Shown piece by piece: positions 28,733-45,629 of a DNA stretch of 64,000 nt. Source of the DNA: Eledone cirrhosa (Eukaryota). A model generated the notes under the pieces. It was not told the DNA's origin, did not search any database, and was given only the letters and a program-made list of their open reading frames with translations. The number at the start of each line of letters is the position of its first letter. Position 1 is the stretch's first letter. The stretch lies in contig OZ024743.1 of assembly GCA_964016885.1 (NCBI GenBank), positions 147,560,001 to 147,624,000 on the forward strand, given 5' to 3'. Both the position numbers and the translations under genes were made by a program.

Positions 28733-29013
28733 CCTAATAGAATTTTAGTCTACGACTTCAGTTATACCATATACGTGGTTTTGTCTTTGCGTGTAATTGT
28801 TCTCAACGATCCACATAATGACGTATCATCTTCGTTTTTTCTGTTCATTGCCAGAGAACGTCTCCACGAACCACCTAATAGAATATTAGTCAACGACTCA
28901 ATTTATACCATAAACATGGTTTTGTCTTTGTGTGTAATTGTTTTCACCGCTCCAAATTATGACGTATTATCTTTGTCTTTATCCGTTCTTTGCCAGGGAA
29001 CGTTTCCACGAAC
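28733..29013. repeat. ~142-bp tandem duplication in PLE 3' region
   Basis: CCTAATAGAAT.TTAGTC.ACGACT at 28733 and 28875. Confidence 0.8.
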
Positions 29014-29479
29014 CTAAGTATCGTCTTCCTGTCTTCCTTCGGTTGCAACATTTTATATCGGTTAATTTAATTTATTCGGTCCTCAATGTTACCATTGACT
29101 GACCAACGGTAAAAAATACAGATATAATAGAGACACACACACATATATATAGTCTAACAAAGTTGCACATCTGCTACATCGTCAGTGGTGCTATTATGTT
29201 TCCTCCCGTTGTATTGTATGCCTACTCCATCTTTATTTAGTCTGTTTATTTATTTATTTATTTATTATTTTTCTTTTGTGTTCTCTGCGCATGCGTTTGC
29301 GTGTGTGTATAGTGTTTGATGTGTGTTTGTGTTTGGGTGACTCTGTATTGGTTATTGTATTCTATCTTAGTTTACTGGTGTGTGTTTATATGTGTTTGTT
29401 GTTATTGTGCTTGTGTGTGTATTTATTTATTTATTTATTTATACTTCTCTTAGGTCAGTATTGTTTGTTTGGGTGTTGT

Positions 29480-30830
29480 TGTTATTCCATTCAGTTTTTC
29501 TGTTTAGCCTTGGCCTTCTAAGTTCTATTTCGCTGGCCTCTCTGATTTGCCTATCTGCTGGGACATTTCTATGTTTAGATATTATTCTAATTTCTATGTT
29601 TTCTATGTTACCGTCGTGTTGTTGTCTGGCATGTTCGTATAGTACTGAACCGTTTTTTCGTCATTTTAGTTCCCCCTAGTATTGGTCTATCCTTTCACCT
29701 ATGCTACGAGCTGTCTCGCCTATGTATGTTGTTGTCATGTTTCTGCAAGTAACCTCTGTACATCTTATGCTATAGACTACGTTTATGGTTTTACAGTTTA
29801 TCCGGGGATTTACTTTACATATACTACTTTTCCTATTAGTACAGTGGGTTTTCTTAAAAGGGTAGGTTTTGCTGATCAGCGATTTTATGGTGTTTTCTGG
29901 CTTTTCTACCACCTTAATCTTTAAATGGGTCTTTTTCAAGGCCTTTCTACACTGGTTAGCTAATTTCCCTCCAGGGGTAGCGTCCAGAAACATGACACTC
30001 TGGTATCTCTGGTGGTCGTACCATGATGTGGCTTTCCCTATCTTATGTCTAGTCCTATCTAAGCTATTCGATGATTTTCTCCTGTATAATGGGCAAATTC
30101 CTTTCATGTCCAGTTCTATGAGGGTCTTATACTTCTCCGTGGCTCCTTCGTATACTCTGATTCTGTCTCTTTGGTTGTAGCCAGAGAACTGCATGCGGTT
30201 GATGAAGTGTTGGATGTGTCTTTCCGTTTTTGTTGGGTCGCACATGCGGGACACGTTCTTCATCACTCGTACCAAGTCTGCGATCAGAATATTAAACTTA
30301 GCACTACTGGACATTGCTGAGTTTTTGAGTATCAGGTATTTGAGGCCATGGGTTTAGCATAGTGTGAGTGGAGAATTTGGGCTCTCTCGTCTATAGTATT
30401 AATCCAGAGTTCCGTGTCTAATACAGGTATTCTATTGTTAGGGTGTTTGGTAGGGTAGTCGATAGTTACAGTTATACTCTGGTGTATGGAATTAGCTATC
30501 TGCTGGATGCTTTCCATTGTGCTACGTTCTAAATCAAACTTATTAGTACTCTCTTGTGGGGATGTCCTTATTACTATATTGGTGTCGTCTACGTAACGAG
30601 AGTACATGATGAGGTCTATGGAGCTCTCATCAAGGAAATCTTGGAGTCTCCTTTCCCACCATACCATAAAAAGGTTGGCAACGTCAGCAGCTATGCTGAC
30701 GCCAATGGCCGCTCTCTCATTTTAGGAGTAGATCTCGTTGAATTTGAATATGTGGCCCTTTAAGGTAGTTTTGATACTAGCCCCTATTGCATGTGCGACC
30801 ATTTTTCTTACCTGATCATTGTTTTGGGGG
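29480..30830 (-). pseudogene. PLE reverse transcriptase + GIY-YIG endonuclease, frameshifted
   Basis: AIGVSIAADVANLFM, YSRYVDDT, IPVLD, YAKPMAS, RMQFSGY, VVYSIRC...YIGETARS, HARQQH...RQIREA...LNRKTEW (ORFs 30332-30667, 29676-30314 and manual extension). Confidence 0.9.
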
Positions 30831-30980
30831 GTCCGTATAGCTTCATGGAAACGTTCCCTGGCCAAGAACGGAAAAAAACGAAGATAATACGTCAACGAAC
30901 CAAAATATCGTCTTCCTGTCTTCCTTCGGTTGCAACGTTTTTTGAAATATTTACTTCTGCGTTCACAGATTGCCTTTTTT

Positions 30981-31031
30981 AGTTTCAGAAGATCCCGTTA
31001 AGGGTGAAAGCAGCGATTCTTTGCTTAAACT
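30981..31031 (+). ncRNA. Hammerhead-like fold with variant core CAGAAGA
   Basis: AGUUU-CAGAAGA-UCCC(GUUAA)GGGU-GAAA-GCA(GCGAUUCUU)UGC-UU-AAACU. Confidence 0.6.
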
Positions 31032-32761
31032 TTAATCTGTTATTTTAATAAATAAATAAAATATATATATATATATAAACCGAACTTCTGCGACGCAGCT
31101 AGAGACTAGATAGAAAAATCAACAATGTCGCCTTGAAAGAGACACATACATACATGTGTGTGAGTGGGTTAATGTGTGTGTATGCATGTGAGTGTATGTT
31201 CGTACATGTTAGTGTATATGGCACATATTCACAGACACACGCGTATAAAATTAATTTCAAAGCAAATATACGCATTCGATAATCTGCCAGATTTCTTTGG
31301 TATCCAAAACTATTGAGAATTATCTTACAAAAATGTTCTCTACAAAAGCTATTGTCGTACTGTAGCTTTTAGAAAAATTTATCTAACACCTTTATTCAGA
31401 ATATATGGATATGTTTTGCCAGCTATTGATATAGGCAGTTTCCCAATGAATAACTAGTAATTTCAGAATTCGTACATGTAAAGTATGTTTTTAAGTTTGT
31501 AGAAAGAAAAATAGGATATAGTATATTTAATTGCTTTGACTTCCGATCAATATTAAAAAAAGTAAAAAAAAAAAAAAATCATAATATAAACCAAAACGAA
31601 AAACAATAAAACATTTTATTTATGAAGAGTGAAATAATCAAATTATATTCAAATTATCCCGCAGTCGGGAAAAAATAGAGGAGACTGAGAGGGAAAAAGA
31701 AAGAGAAAATAAAACTGAAACAAAACAAACATTCCTTAATTCTAGTCTTCTGTTCGGGAAATAACTGTCTCTTCTTAACGAAAAGGAAAATAGTTTAAAT
31801 TACAATTCAATTAATTTTAAAAGAAATTGGTGCAAACCAAGAAAAATTATATTTCTGTCTATCCAAGAAAAGCCGACGTATATAAGTTGGATTCTATAGA
31901 ATGTATTAAGGCATAGATATATTTAGATTTTTATTTTTTATTAAAGTACCCTCTGCTAGACTAAAGGAAACTAATCGCTTATTTCCCAGAGTGAAACTAT
32001 ATTCTTCAAAAGGTTAATTACGAATATGAAGACAGGCAGGACAGTAGCTCAGTGTGTACATTGACTCAATTACGAATCTGGGAATACCAAGTTCGAGCCA
32101 TTCAGCATTCTATTTCATTTGAATTTCACCCCGAAAAGTGAACGGTAAAGTTAACATCGTTATTTAAACAACATTAATAATACAGTCTTTTAAAGCAGAG
32201 ATGATTTATTACTAAATACTAGCAACAGAAACACACATACATAATGTCAACACACATTCCAGTGCAAATCAAATATTGTTGTTATTATCAGTCTCAGGTC
32301 AGCACTAATCAAGTAGACTAATGATGAAAGGCATTTAAAACGTGAGCAACCCGACGTTTTCCTATGTGCACCACTGAATACAGGACCATTTTATAAAATG
32401 GTTGCTTTTCTAATATGATGAGTCAGATACGAAACATATATGGCACCTATGTCTAGCAAGCCTAACAACAACCTAGAGGTCCTCTCATTGGCTTACATAT
32501 AACAGACGTGGATCCGGCGAGTGTACAATGGAGTTACGATCGTCTTCTAGATTTGAAAATGCGGATGGATTTCAGGTGAAGTAAAGAGTAGCATATAAGC
32601 TCCATATTCCCGTCTGCATTCAACTTGTTTTCGTAACTTTCGCAATATATGTTAACCAAGATTGAGAAGGTTTAGCAGATATAATTTGGTACTGTCTGCT
32701 GTGAATAACTAAAATAGCAATAAACAAAATTACTAAATTGAAAAAATATAAAGGAATAACA

Positions 32762-32830
<69 letters not shown>

Positions 32831-32996
32831 ATATATATATATATGTATATATATGTATATATATATATATTAGGGCGTATATGAAAGAGTATACAATATA
32901 CTATTACTGTAAATATATAAATATGTGTGTGTATGTTGTGTGAGTGTATGTATACAGAGCTACAAGCATGTTTATGTATAAGTATATATACATACC

Positions 32997-33080
<84 letters not shown>

Positions 33081-33183
33081 TATATATCCTAAAAGCTTGT
33101 TCTTCTTATTATAGTTTTTAATAGATATTTACTTCTCAAACTTGATTTTTATTCCTTTATATATATATATATATATATACATA

Positions 33184-33271
<88 letters not shown>

Positions 33272-33290
33272 TATATATATACATATATAC

Positions 33291-33327
<37 letters not shown>

Positions 33328-33339
33328 CATATATATATG

Positions 33340-33400
<61 letters not shown>

Positions 33401-33890
33401 AGGTGCGTATGAATGTGCGTGTTTATGTCTTTTTACATGTTAAAATGGTTTATTTTATCAAAAACCTAATTTACTCAGTTAATCTTTTCTGATACGTTCT
33501 AATAAACAAAAGAATATCCTATGGTTGGATTTGATGCCTTTGCTTTTGTACATTTTGTTATTGATGTTGTTATTGTTGTTGTTGTCATCGTTGTCGGCGG
33601 TGTTGTTGTTATTGTTGTGCTGGTAGTAATCATGGTAGTTGTGGTGGCTGTTAGTTCTGTGGTAATTTCAATGACGTCTCTTTGATCAACAACATATGAA
33701 ATTACATCAGCTAGAAATGGTAATAGCGACCCTGTCACCTTACCGTCACCACCATGCAGCTACCTCCAACAAATACCTCCATGCCAACACTCCTGCTCCA
33801 GCATACCCCCTCCCAACTGTCAACAATTTTATCCCGAATGACTTTGAAGAATTGTATTAGAAGTATAACTGTACACACAGACGGACGCAA

Positions 33891-34051
<161 letters not shown>

Positions 34052-34465
34052 TGTGTGTGTGTGTATATGTATATATGCATGTATGTATATATATATATAT
34101 ATATAGTGTATGATTTCCCTTACATTCAATTTAACTCCAGACTGTCTCCTCCACTCATACGCACAAGTAGAACCCCCCACCTCCTACACACACAAGTACC
34201 ACATACATACATACATATACACACAAATATATAATAAACTGTATATATACATTTACACACCATACAGACAGTCGCCAGACTAAATATCTTGAGGTATTTA
34301 ATTATGTTATTGTTATTTTCTTTAATCTTTTTATTTGATTATTTACTTTTACATTTTGAGTTCAAATTCCACTAAGGTCAACAGCGCTATTTCTTCAACT
34401 GGAATGTATAAAATAAGTTATTTATGTACCAGATTTGATTCAATCGTCTTTATCTGTAACACACA

Positions 34466-34537
<72 letters not shown>

Positions 34538-35189
34538 CGTACTAACCTACGCTTCCTTAAGCTTATACCAATAAAGTAAATTATTCTCAACATTACTACA
34601 ACATTACTACAAGTGGCAAACCATTATTTTATTTCTGCTGCCTTACTACATCAGATATTTCAAGCAACGTTAGCAGGAGGAATAAAACTTATGAGTCAAT
34701 CTTCAGATGAGAAAAGGTGTTACAGTGTCTTATTTTGAGGAGACAAGCATGGCTAAAATTCAAAACCCATCTAACTTCGAAGCGTAGTTACAACAATTAG
34801 ATCAACTATTGGCATCTGCTACAGAAGCAAACCTTCTGAAGCAGAATTTCTGTAACAGAACGAATTATTATGATCCACAAACCCATTCAAATTGATTATA
34901 TTTTTTTTATAAGTTAAGGATTTATTCTTTTCATTCCTAGAATTAAATATATGTGAGATGAAGCTTTCCTTGACAAGATGTAAATAACTGACAGTTAACG
35001 ATCTCCAAAATTCAGGTACTAGTTCCCGGCAGCTATGTAATATGAACTATAGAAAGTTAAGTATTGTATTTAGTGAGAAAAAAAGTATTACGTAGATCGA
35101 CTGTAGATATGAAGAGGGAAAACTATATCATAATCTCTCTCTCTCTCCCCTCTCTCTCTCATATATATATATATATATTTATCCCTCTT

Positions 35190-35228
<39 letters not shown>

Positions 35229-35231
<3 letters not shown>

Positions 35232-35469
35232 CGATATTAAACAAATGGAGACTATATTTATAAAACCATATTTATTTCATTATACATATTTCAGGGATAC
35301 CATATTAAATATGTATACCACTGAAATATGTATAATGAAATAAATATGGTTTTATAAATATAGTTTCCATTTGTTTAATATCGTATATCTACTCCAAAAC
35401 TTGTTGAGTGCTTTATATCAGTTATAAAATATTTACTCGTTGTAACCCAACAATTTTAAATAAAACTTT

Positions 35470-35472
<3 letters not shown>
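35229..35472. mobile_element. Fold-back mini-copy of the main PLE pseudo-LTR
   Basis: 35229-35293 is the inverse of 35321-35386; the right arm continues to AAAACTTTTAC then (AT)n; matches 54451-54602. Confidence 0.9.
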
Positions 35473-35498
<26 letters not shown>

Positions 35499-35503
<5 letters not shown>

Positions 35504-35681
35504 TGAGATTCTACAGACTACAACAGTTTCATTCTTTAGAAATCATCAGGAATCTGATGATTTCTATAGAATGAAACAGTTCTAGTCCTGTAGAATCTCA
35601 TCTATATTAAAACTTTTATACTGTGCTATGTACTGAGTACCTTACTTACTGTGGTTGCCTCCGATTCAACCCGGAATAACT

Positions 35682-35687
<6 letters not shown>
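35499..35687. mobile_element. Fold-back HHR mini-element (family shared with 61129-61270 and 48985-49055)
   Basis: 35499-35548 is the inverse of 35554-35604; core CUGAUGA-UUUCUAUAGAAU-GAAA-CAGU-UC; (TA)n on both sides. Confidence 0.85.
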
Positions 35688-35754
<67 letters not shown>

Positions 35755-35878
35755 TTTATTAGTTAAGCAAAACAAGACCACAAATTTCACAAGGAAGACA
35801 TTATTAAAAGATTATCAACATATTTAGTTTGATGTAAGGAATGTAGAGAATAATAATAATAATAATATCAATAATAAT

Positions 35879-36277
35879 AATTGTTTCTACTATTGGCACA
35901 ATGCCAGCAAAAACCCAGTACATTACTGGTACTTTATTTTATCGACCCCTTAAGGATGAAAGGCAAAGTCAACATCGGCGGGATTTGAACTCAGTCCGTA
36001 AAGGGACGTAACTGTGCTGCAAAGCATGGCGTCCGACCCTCTACCGATACTGCCAATTCACCGCCCATATTAATAATAATTGTTTCTACTTTAGGCACAA
36101 GGCCAGTAATTACCCAGTGCATTACTGGTACTTTATTTTATCGACCCCGTAAGGATGAAAAGCAAAGTCAACCTCGGCGGGATTTGAACTCAGATCGTAA
36201 AGGGACGTAACTATGTTGGAAAGCATGGCGTCCGACCCTCTACCGATACTGCCAATCCACCGCCAATCCACCGCCCA
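35879..36277 (-). mobile_element. Two tandem tRNA-derived SINEs
   Basis: Reverse-complement consensus at 35879-36066 and 36078-36277, each with an (AAT)n tail. Confidence 0.9.
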
Positions 36278-36730
36278 TATTAATAATAATAATGCCCGTT
36301 TACAATTGTTTCGCTATTCCGTATAATATTTCTGGATCAGATGACTATGTATCATAATTGATCTGGTTCAGTTGAAAATAATTAACATATTTAAAAAAAC
36401 AGAGTGGCTCATCGGAACTCAAAGGAATATAAATTAAAATAATGTTACATAATATAATGTTCCATATATTAGTTTTTACTATTTCCTTGTGAAATGTGTG
36501 GTCTTGTTTTGCTTAACTAATGAATATTTCCAGCTCTGCGCACCTAACCTCTGCATGAACCCAGCCACCTAGCTGCTTTCTACTGCATATTGCACATTGA
36601 GCACATGCCTTTACGCTTTGGCTTCTAACTAACTCACCAATCTTTCCTCTCATATCTCCTCTACTATCTCAATCTCTCTCTTTAAGATTGGTTACTCTTG
36701 AACTGTGTGTATATATATATATATATATAT

Positions 36731-37487
36731 GTCAGGTCACCAGCTGGTGCTACTGGTAACATGTGTACCAGTACAACCTGTCTCATGGTCGGGTCGTTGG
36801 CGACTAAACTGGCAACCCCACCAAGGTTTCTTGGTGAGGAGGGTGACTTTGGACATCCTGCAGGACTAAAAACAAAACCTCTCAAAGGGCAAAGGAGCTC
36901 TTAAGAGTCAATGGCCATCCAAAATCACCGGGAGAGATGACCCTTAACCTTTGTCAAGGCAGAATTCTAGGAGAAGGAAAACTCTGATATAACACCTGCA
37001 ACCCTGATGGTATCCAATGATGTTGACTTGTTCTTCTTTTTGGTAAATATCATCTTGGTTAAGAGAGTGGGACTGGCTTTGTGCAGTGCCTTTGCTCACT
37101 ATAAAAGCTTCGCGGCACAGGCATTGCTTTATATCTGGAGATCTCTCTGCACTTGTCGTCACATGGTACCATGGGCCCAGCACTATGTGTCAATAATTGT
37201 CACAAGTGTAGTGTTTGTACCAGAGTATATATATATATATATTGGGAGAGATGACACCTTAGCCTTTGTCAAGGCAGAATTATAAGAGAAGGAAAACTCT
37301 GATATAATACCTGCAACTCTGATGGTATCCAATGATGTTGACTTGTTCTTCTTTTTGATAAATATCGTCTTGGTTAAGAGAGTGGGACTGGCTTTGTGCA
37401 GTGCCTTTGCTCACTATAAAAGCTTCACGGCACAGGCATTGCTTTATATCTGGAGATCTCTCTGCACTTGTCGTCACATGGTACCAT
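36731..37487. mobile_element. ~605-bp repeat family, opposite orientation, with internal re-duplication (36731-37226; 37243-37487)
   Basis: Reverse complement of 12330-12822. Confidence 0.88.
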
Positions 37488-38240
37488 ATCATATTTACAT
37501 GCATATATATTTTTGTATAATATCAATATACACACTACACATGCTAGCAGAAAACCACCCGTAGAGGTAGTTTTTCTGCTAGTATAGTTAATGAAAACAG
37601 ACCAGGCGCTAACACACTGATGATTCGATTGTTTCATTCGTTTCACTGTGCCGAATAGTTAAGTAACTTACTTTGTATGTTAAATGTTTTGTCATATTTG
37701 ATAATACATTCAATGAGTTGTCTTCGCAGATATTGTCGGTTTCATAGAGTGGTTGAAGAAATATCTGGTGGCAAATGTAATAGGAGAGTCTAGCAAATAT
37801 TAAACATTTAATTTGTAGTAGTCACTACATTTGTTATGGTTTAAGCAAATGGAGAAGGGCAGCTTTCTTGAAATTTTCAGGATTTTCAACACCAATGGAC
37901 AAAGGGGCTGAGATAAAATTGATCGATGGATCACTACTAACATTTACTTTGAACTATGTAGGTAACCGAGAAGCAATATATATATATATGTATAGGTCAA
38001 ACGTAAAATTGAACAAAGATATATTTAAAGATCATCTTTTACTTTTTACCTCTAACATTGATTTGTATGGAATTTTAAAACCTTTTTTCTATTATATATA
38101 TAGTATTCAACTACAAATAACCTGGCCTCGAAAAGTCATCTTAGTCTATATATAAATATATTTTTTAGCACACAACTATCATATAAATATTTCTTTACGA
38201 TTTTCAGATCTGCAGTCATTATTTCATTTATTCTCCGCAA

Positions 38241-38430
38241 GGGGGGTGGAATGGCAGTATCAGTAGAGGGTCGGACGCCATGCTTTCCAGCATAGTTACG
38301 TCCCTTTACGATTTGAGTTCAAATCCCGCGGAGGTTGACTTTGCCTTTCATCCTTACGGGGTCGATAAAATAAAGTACCACTAATGCACTGGGTAATTGC
38401 TGGCCTTGTGCCTAAAGTAGAAACAATTAT
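38241..38430 (+). mobile_element. tRNA-derived SINE
   Basis: A-box, B-box and family core. Confidence 0.9.
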
Positions 38431-38517
38431 TTCATTAATTCTTTCTTAGAGACCTTTCGTAGCGACGGCAATGGAAAGATTCACACACACACAAATAAAC
38501 ATACATACACATATAGT

Positions 38518-38519
<2 letters not shown>

Positions 38520-38572
<53 letters not shown>

Positions 38573-38724
38573 CACACATATATATATATATATACACACA
38601 TATATATATGTGTATATATATATACACATATACACATATATATATACACACATATATATATATACACATATATATACACACATATATATATATATATATA
38701 ATTATATATATATATATATATAAT

Positions 38725-38760
<36 letters not shown>

Positions 38761-38830
38761 TATATATATATATATGTGTGTGTGTGTGTATATATATACA
38801 TATAAGCATATATACATATATATATATACA

Positions 38831-38878
<48 letters not shown>

Positions 38879-38979
38879 TACATATATATATATACACACA
38901 TATATATATATTCACACATATATATATATGTGTATATATATATACACATATACATATATATATACACACATATATATAT

Positions 38980-39025
<46 letters not shown>

Positions 39026-39036
39026 ATATATATAAT

Positions 39037-39099
<63 letters not shown>

Positions 39100-39162
39100 A
39101 TATGTGTGTGTGTATATATATATATACATATAAGCATATATACATATATATATATATATACA

Positions 39163-39232
<70 letters not shown>

Positions 39233-39240
39233 TGTATGTA
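38520..39240. repeat. Long compound (TA)n/(CA)n microsatellite
   Basis: Visible directly. Confidence 0.95.
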
Positions 39241-40205
39241 TGTGTGTGTGAATCTGGTAAGAAACCTCTTAAATTATCTCACCCCACGTCCATAGGCAGA
39301 AACAGCGGTTTTGGAACACTTCTCGGTGTTTACGTTAGCACCATTTTGCCATGCGTGTTTCCCAATTGCAAACATACCCAACAGATTGGCTTGGCAATAA
39401 ACAAACAATCAAACTCATGCCTCACACCATCTGCCAAGAATAGCTCACAAATTTCCCAGTATTGTTTAGTGTTAGTCTCCTCTCTGTTGTATATGTGATG
39501 GCCAAATATTTAGTGTTCGGGAATTATTCTTTATCATTCATTCAACCGTTTGAATCTTCCATCATTTCTATTTCTTTCCATCCGTTCCACTTGTATTCCG
39601 CTACTCCCCATCTCAACCATCTATCATTTGTATTGCTCACACACATACACATACGCATATACATAGATTCATCCACCTAAATAGAAATATGCACAAATAC
39701 ACACACATGCATACACAGGCACACCAGCACGTTTTCATATACCCACATAGATATATTCACAAATGATTACTCACATACACATTCAGACAGACTTAAACGT
39801 ACGCACATACAAACACACACAAATGCAAAAGTTTTGATTTGTTTCATGTATAAATATACATAGGAAAGAATGCTTTCAGAATGTTTCTGTAGGTAAAGTG
39901 TTTGTGTGTTTAGGTGTATGTTCGAATATTTGTGAGAGTATAGACAATGTAACGCATGCGCAGTTCAGGTACACAGCTCACAAAAGCAAGGTGGTGTGAA
40001 ACAAAGAGGAGAAACAGAGTAACAAAAGTAGTTATTGAAGATGTCACAATATGTTTAACGAAAATGCTTTGACTATCAACAATAAACAAACACCCGATTA
40101 TTAAACTAACCGACAGGAAATTACAATACTAAATTGAAGTGAAACTGAACTGGTGCATGTGTTTTTATTGAAAGAATGACCCTCCCAAATTACGACAATA
40201 CAAAC

Positions 40206-40245
<40 letters not shown>

Positions 40246-40569
40246 AATATACACACATATTATATTTATATATATGCACACACATATATGTACATATGTA
40301 CACATACACAAATTTATATATATGTTGATATATATGTAAGCATATAGATATTCAAAATTATTTATAAATATGCATTATTTCATCGTTGGAATATAATAAT
40401 ATTCTTAAGAATAGACAAAAATGCAATTACAATATAATAAATAGTTTTAAAAAAATTTCTGTATATCTCATTCAAATAACAGCCACAATTCTTGAATGTC
40501 ATGTACACATACAAATAACATCTCACCACACACACACAGACAGACAGGTACACTCACAATCTCTCTCTA

Positions 40570-40601
<32 letters not shown>

Positions 40602-40799
40602 GCGCGCGCTCACGCACACACATGCGTATATAATGTGTATGCATGTACGAGTGTGATGTATGTATGTTTCATATTGATACTGGTGTTTATAAACAAAGCA
40701 AGGAGGATCTAATATATGTATAAAATATATAATATTCATGTATAACTGTATTTAAAATTAAATTATATATATACGCATAGATACATACATACCTACCTA

Positions 40800-40840
<41 letters not shown>

Positions 40841-40866
40841 TATATATACTTATAAATATACATGTA

Positions 40867-41440
<574 letters not shown>

Positions 41441-41750
41441 TAATTTGTTAAATAAGTATTCAAATATCCTTACGTTACAGAAATAAATAAAAAAAATTCT
41501 GAAATCTCTCCAAGATGCAAATATATTTCTATACATGAATTATATACGTAAAGAAAAAAAAACAACTCCGTCAATGAGGTTTTAGATTTGCTTTCACTGA
41601 TGGTTATTATTTTATTTACACATTCATTCTTATGAATTCTGTCCCTTCACAATTTTGAATATTGCATTTCTTTCTGTCCAATTTACTACGTCCTGCCATT
41701 CCCCTCTGTATCTGTGGCATATATACATATATATTATATTATCATATACT

Positions 41751-41785
<35 letters not shown>

Positions 41786-41828
41786 CATATATTTATATGT
41801 ATATATGTTTACACACACACACACACAC

Positions 41829-41914
<86 letters not shown>

Positions 41915-41923
41915 GTATATATG

Positions 41924-41970
<47 letters not shown>

Positions 41971-42489
41971 AGATATGTATAATGAATGGATCTCCGTCTT
42001 TCTGCACGAAAGTTATTCCAGTTGTTCGTTCATCTGGGCTACCTTTCATTAGCTTGTAAGTACCAGAGCTTTCACCAGACACTTCTACAATTAAATTACT
42101 GGTATAAAAATTATACGACCTGTTAGGACAGTTTACGCCTGCCTAATTTCACTCATATTCACTGAGTCCATCTGATACTCTTTATCAAGACAACTTTTTA
42201 AGCACTGAGGACCTCAAACGTCATGTCTGTAGCATGAACACAAGAAGTATATGGTTAATTTGATATTGTGTAACGCGAAAACAAATTTGTAATTTCCTTC
42301 ATTAGAATCCGATTTTGAACCTGGTTATTTATATTTTTACAAGACATAGCAACTCTACTTCGAATATATGACACTTCTCTACATGTTGTACACCGTGATG
42401 TATACACACACACACACACACACACATAAATATATATATATATATAATATATATATGTGTATAAAGAGAGAGAGAGAGAGAGAAAATAA

Positions 42490-42837
<348 letters not shown>

Positions 42838-42961
42838 GTGTAGCTTGCTTGAAGCATTGTTGAATAGGAAACACAAATTTAAATAATTTTGAAAACCAAA
42901 CAATGCATTAGAAAGAAAATTAAATCGCTAAATTAACAAAATTATCTTACCTGAACAAATA

Positions 42962-43143
42962 TAATTGTTTCTACTATTGGCACAAGGCCAGCAATTAACC
43001 AGTAGATTACTGGTACTTTATTTTATCGACCCCGTAAGGATGAAAGGCAAAGTTAACCTCAGCGGGATTTGAACTCAGAATGGCAAGGGCCGTAACTCTA
43101 TGCGTCAATGCATAGCGTCCGACCCTCTACCGATACTGCCAAT
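42962..43143 (-). mobile_element. tRNA-derived SINE
   Basis: Reverse-complement consensus. Confidence 0.9.
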
Positions 43144-43495
43144 GATCCCAAATATGTTTGGGTTTAAAACCCCATTATCAAGGGAGTACCCCTAGGAGAG
43201 ACTTAAAGGATCGTTCAGAGTTGACTTGTTTGGAAGGCATATTTAAGTTAAATGTAATGAAAAGACGTTAAAATATTAAACGTGCGCGTTGTGGAATGTC
43301 TACAGAAAAGTGTATGCATGTGTGTTTGTGAATGTAAGTGTGCTTAGTGGGATGTCTGTATGTAAATTTATGTATTGAAAGGCGTGTGCGAATATGTATA
43401 TAACGAAAAGGGATATATGTATGTGTTTGTTTGAGTCTAGAAACGGGCCACTGGTGTGTTGGAATACAGGTTTTAAAATTATATATATATATATA

Positions 43496-43725
43496 TAAAT
43501 GTAATCTGAGTTTTTCGAATATTAATAATAACATTCGATTCGTCTGCAACTATGCAAACAAGCCTAATTTTTAACGCCGCCATGTCAGTAGAATGAACCC
43601 TTCATTCTTGCTCTTGTGTTGGCATGTAAACAGAACTGCAGACACTAATTTTTCTGGGTATCACCCTTCATCAGTACAGCTCACTGTCCAGCTGCCAACT
43701 ATCAGAGCTAGTGAAAATATATGCT
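43496..43725 (-). mobile_element. 441-bp HHR family copy with hammerhead at 43633-43682
   Basis: GAGCUGUA-CUGAUGA-AGGGUGAUACCCA-GAAA-AAUUAGUG-UC-UGCAGUUC. Confidence 0.85.
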
Positions 43726-43732
43726 CTCTCTC

Positions 43733-43820
<88 letters not shown>

Positions 43821-44124
43821 ATCTGCTTCGTAGAATCAAGACGCATGTGAGTACCTTGCGATTTTCAGAATCAGGTTCGATCATCACATCGACCGTGTCG
43901 CGAGCTGGTCGCCAGAGAAACGATTGTAATATGTCCGATAAATTCCATTCGTCGCAACACTGATGGTCTTATTTTCTGTGATAAATTAAGAAAAATCACA
44001 TATATATAAATAAATAAATAAAATAAACATGGCGTAAACACTACCATACAACACAATAGGAGGAAACATGATAATAGTACCATTGATGATGTTGCAGATG
44101 TGCAACGAAAGAACTTTGGTAGAC

Positions 44125-45150
<1,026 letters not shown>

Positions 45151-45629
45151 CCAAGCACACCTCACGATGCAAATGTGGATATAAGACATTGGGTGCGCGT
45201 AAAAATTCTTTCTAGATTATACAGGAAGAATGGAAAGAGGAGATGGATGTTCTCTTGCGTAGGGCATAACCTAGTAAAAGTGTTTTTTAAGGCAATTTAA
45301 AAAATATGGTCGAATGAATATAGTATTAGTGATTTATCATATAGCATTGTAAAGAAGCGTTGTTTCAGTGGAAGAGGAAAGTATATTAAGAGTTATATGT
45401 GATAGAGCTAGAAACTGTTACATAATCAGGGAGACTTAAAAATAAAACTGTTGGGTTATAGTTAAATTTAATTATAAAACTATTAGACTATTTTGTGAAT
45501 AATATTTAGTGAATAATATTTGTGAATAATATTTAGTGAATAAGACAAAATTAGTTGGGATTTAGTAAAAGGGGGAGGAATTTCTTATGCTAATTATTTA
45601 TATATTAATATATTATTATATTAGTATTT

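Larger units (their letters stand above)
28178..31060 (-). mobile_element. Decayed 5'-truncated PLE of a second lineage (Naiad/Neptune-like) with an inverted 3'-end arm on the right
   Basis: RT+GIY-YIG remnants at 29480-30830. The same 3'-end sequence occurs at 28178-28226 (-) and 31006-31050 (+). 28960-29050 and 30846-30940 share rearranged blocks. Clade assignment is tentative. Confidence 0.7.

Noticed and set aside
36731-36870. Possible HDV-like ribozyme at the fixed end of the 605-bp element
   Set aside because: A candidate P1 exists, but I could not build P3/L3/P1.1, and the pairing segment varies between copies.
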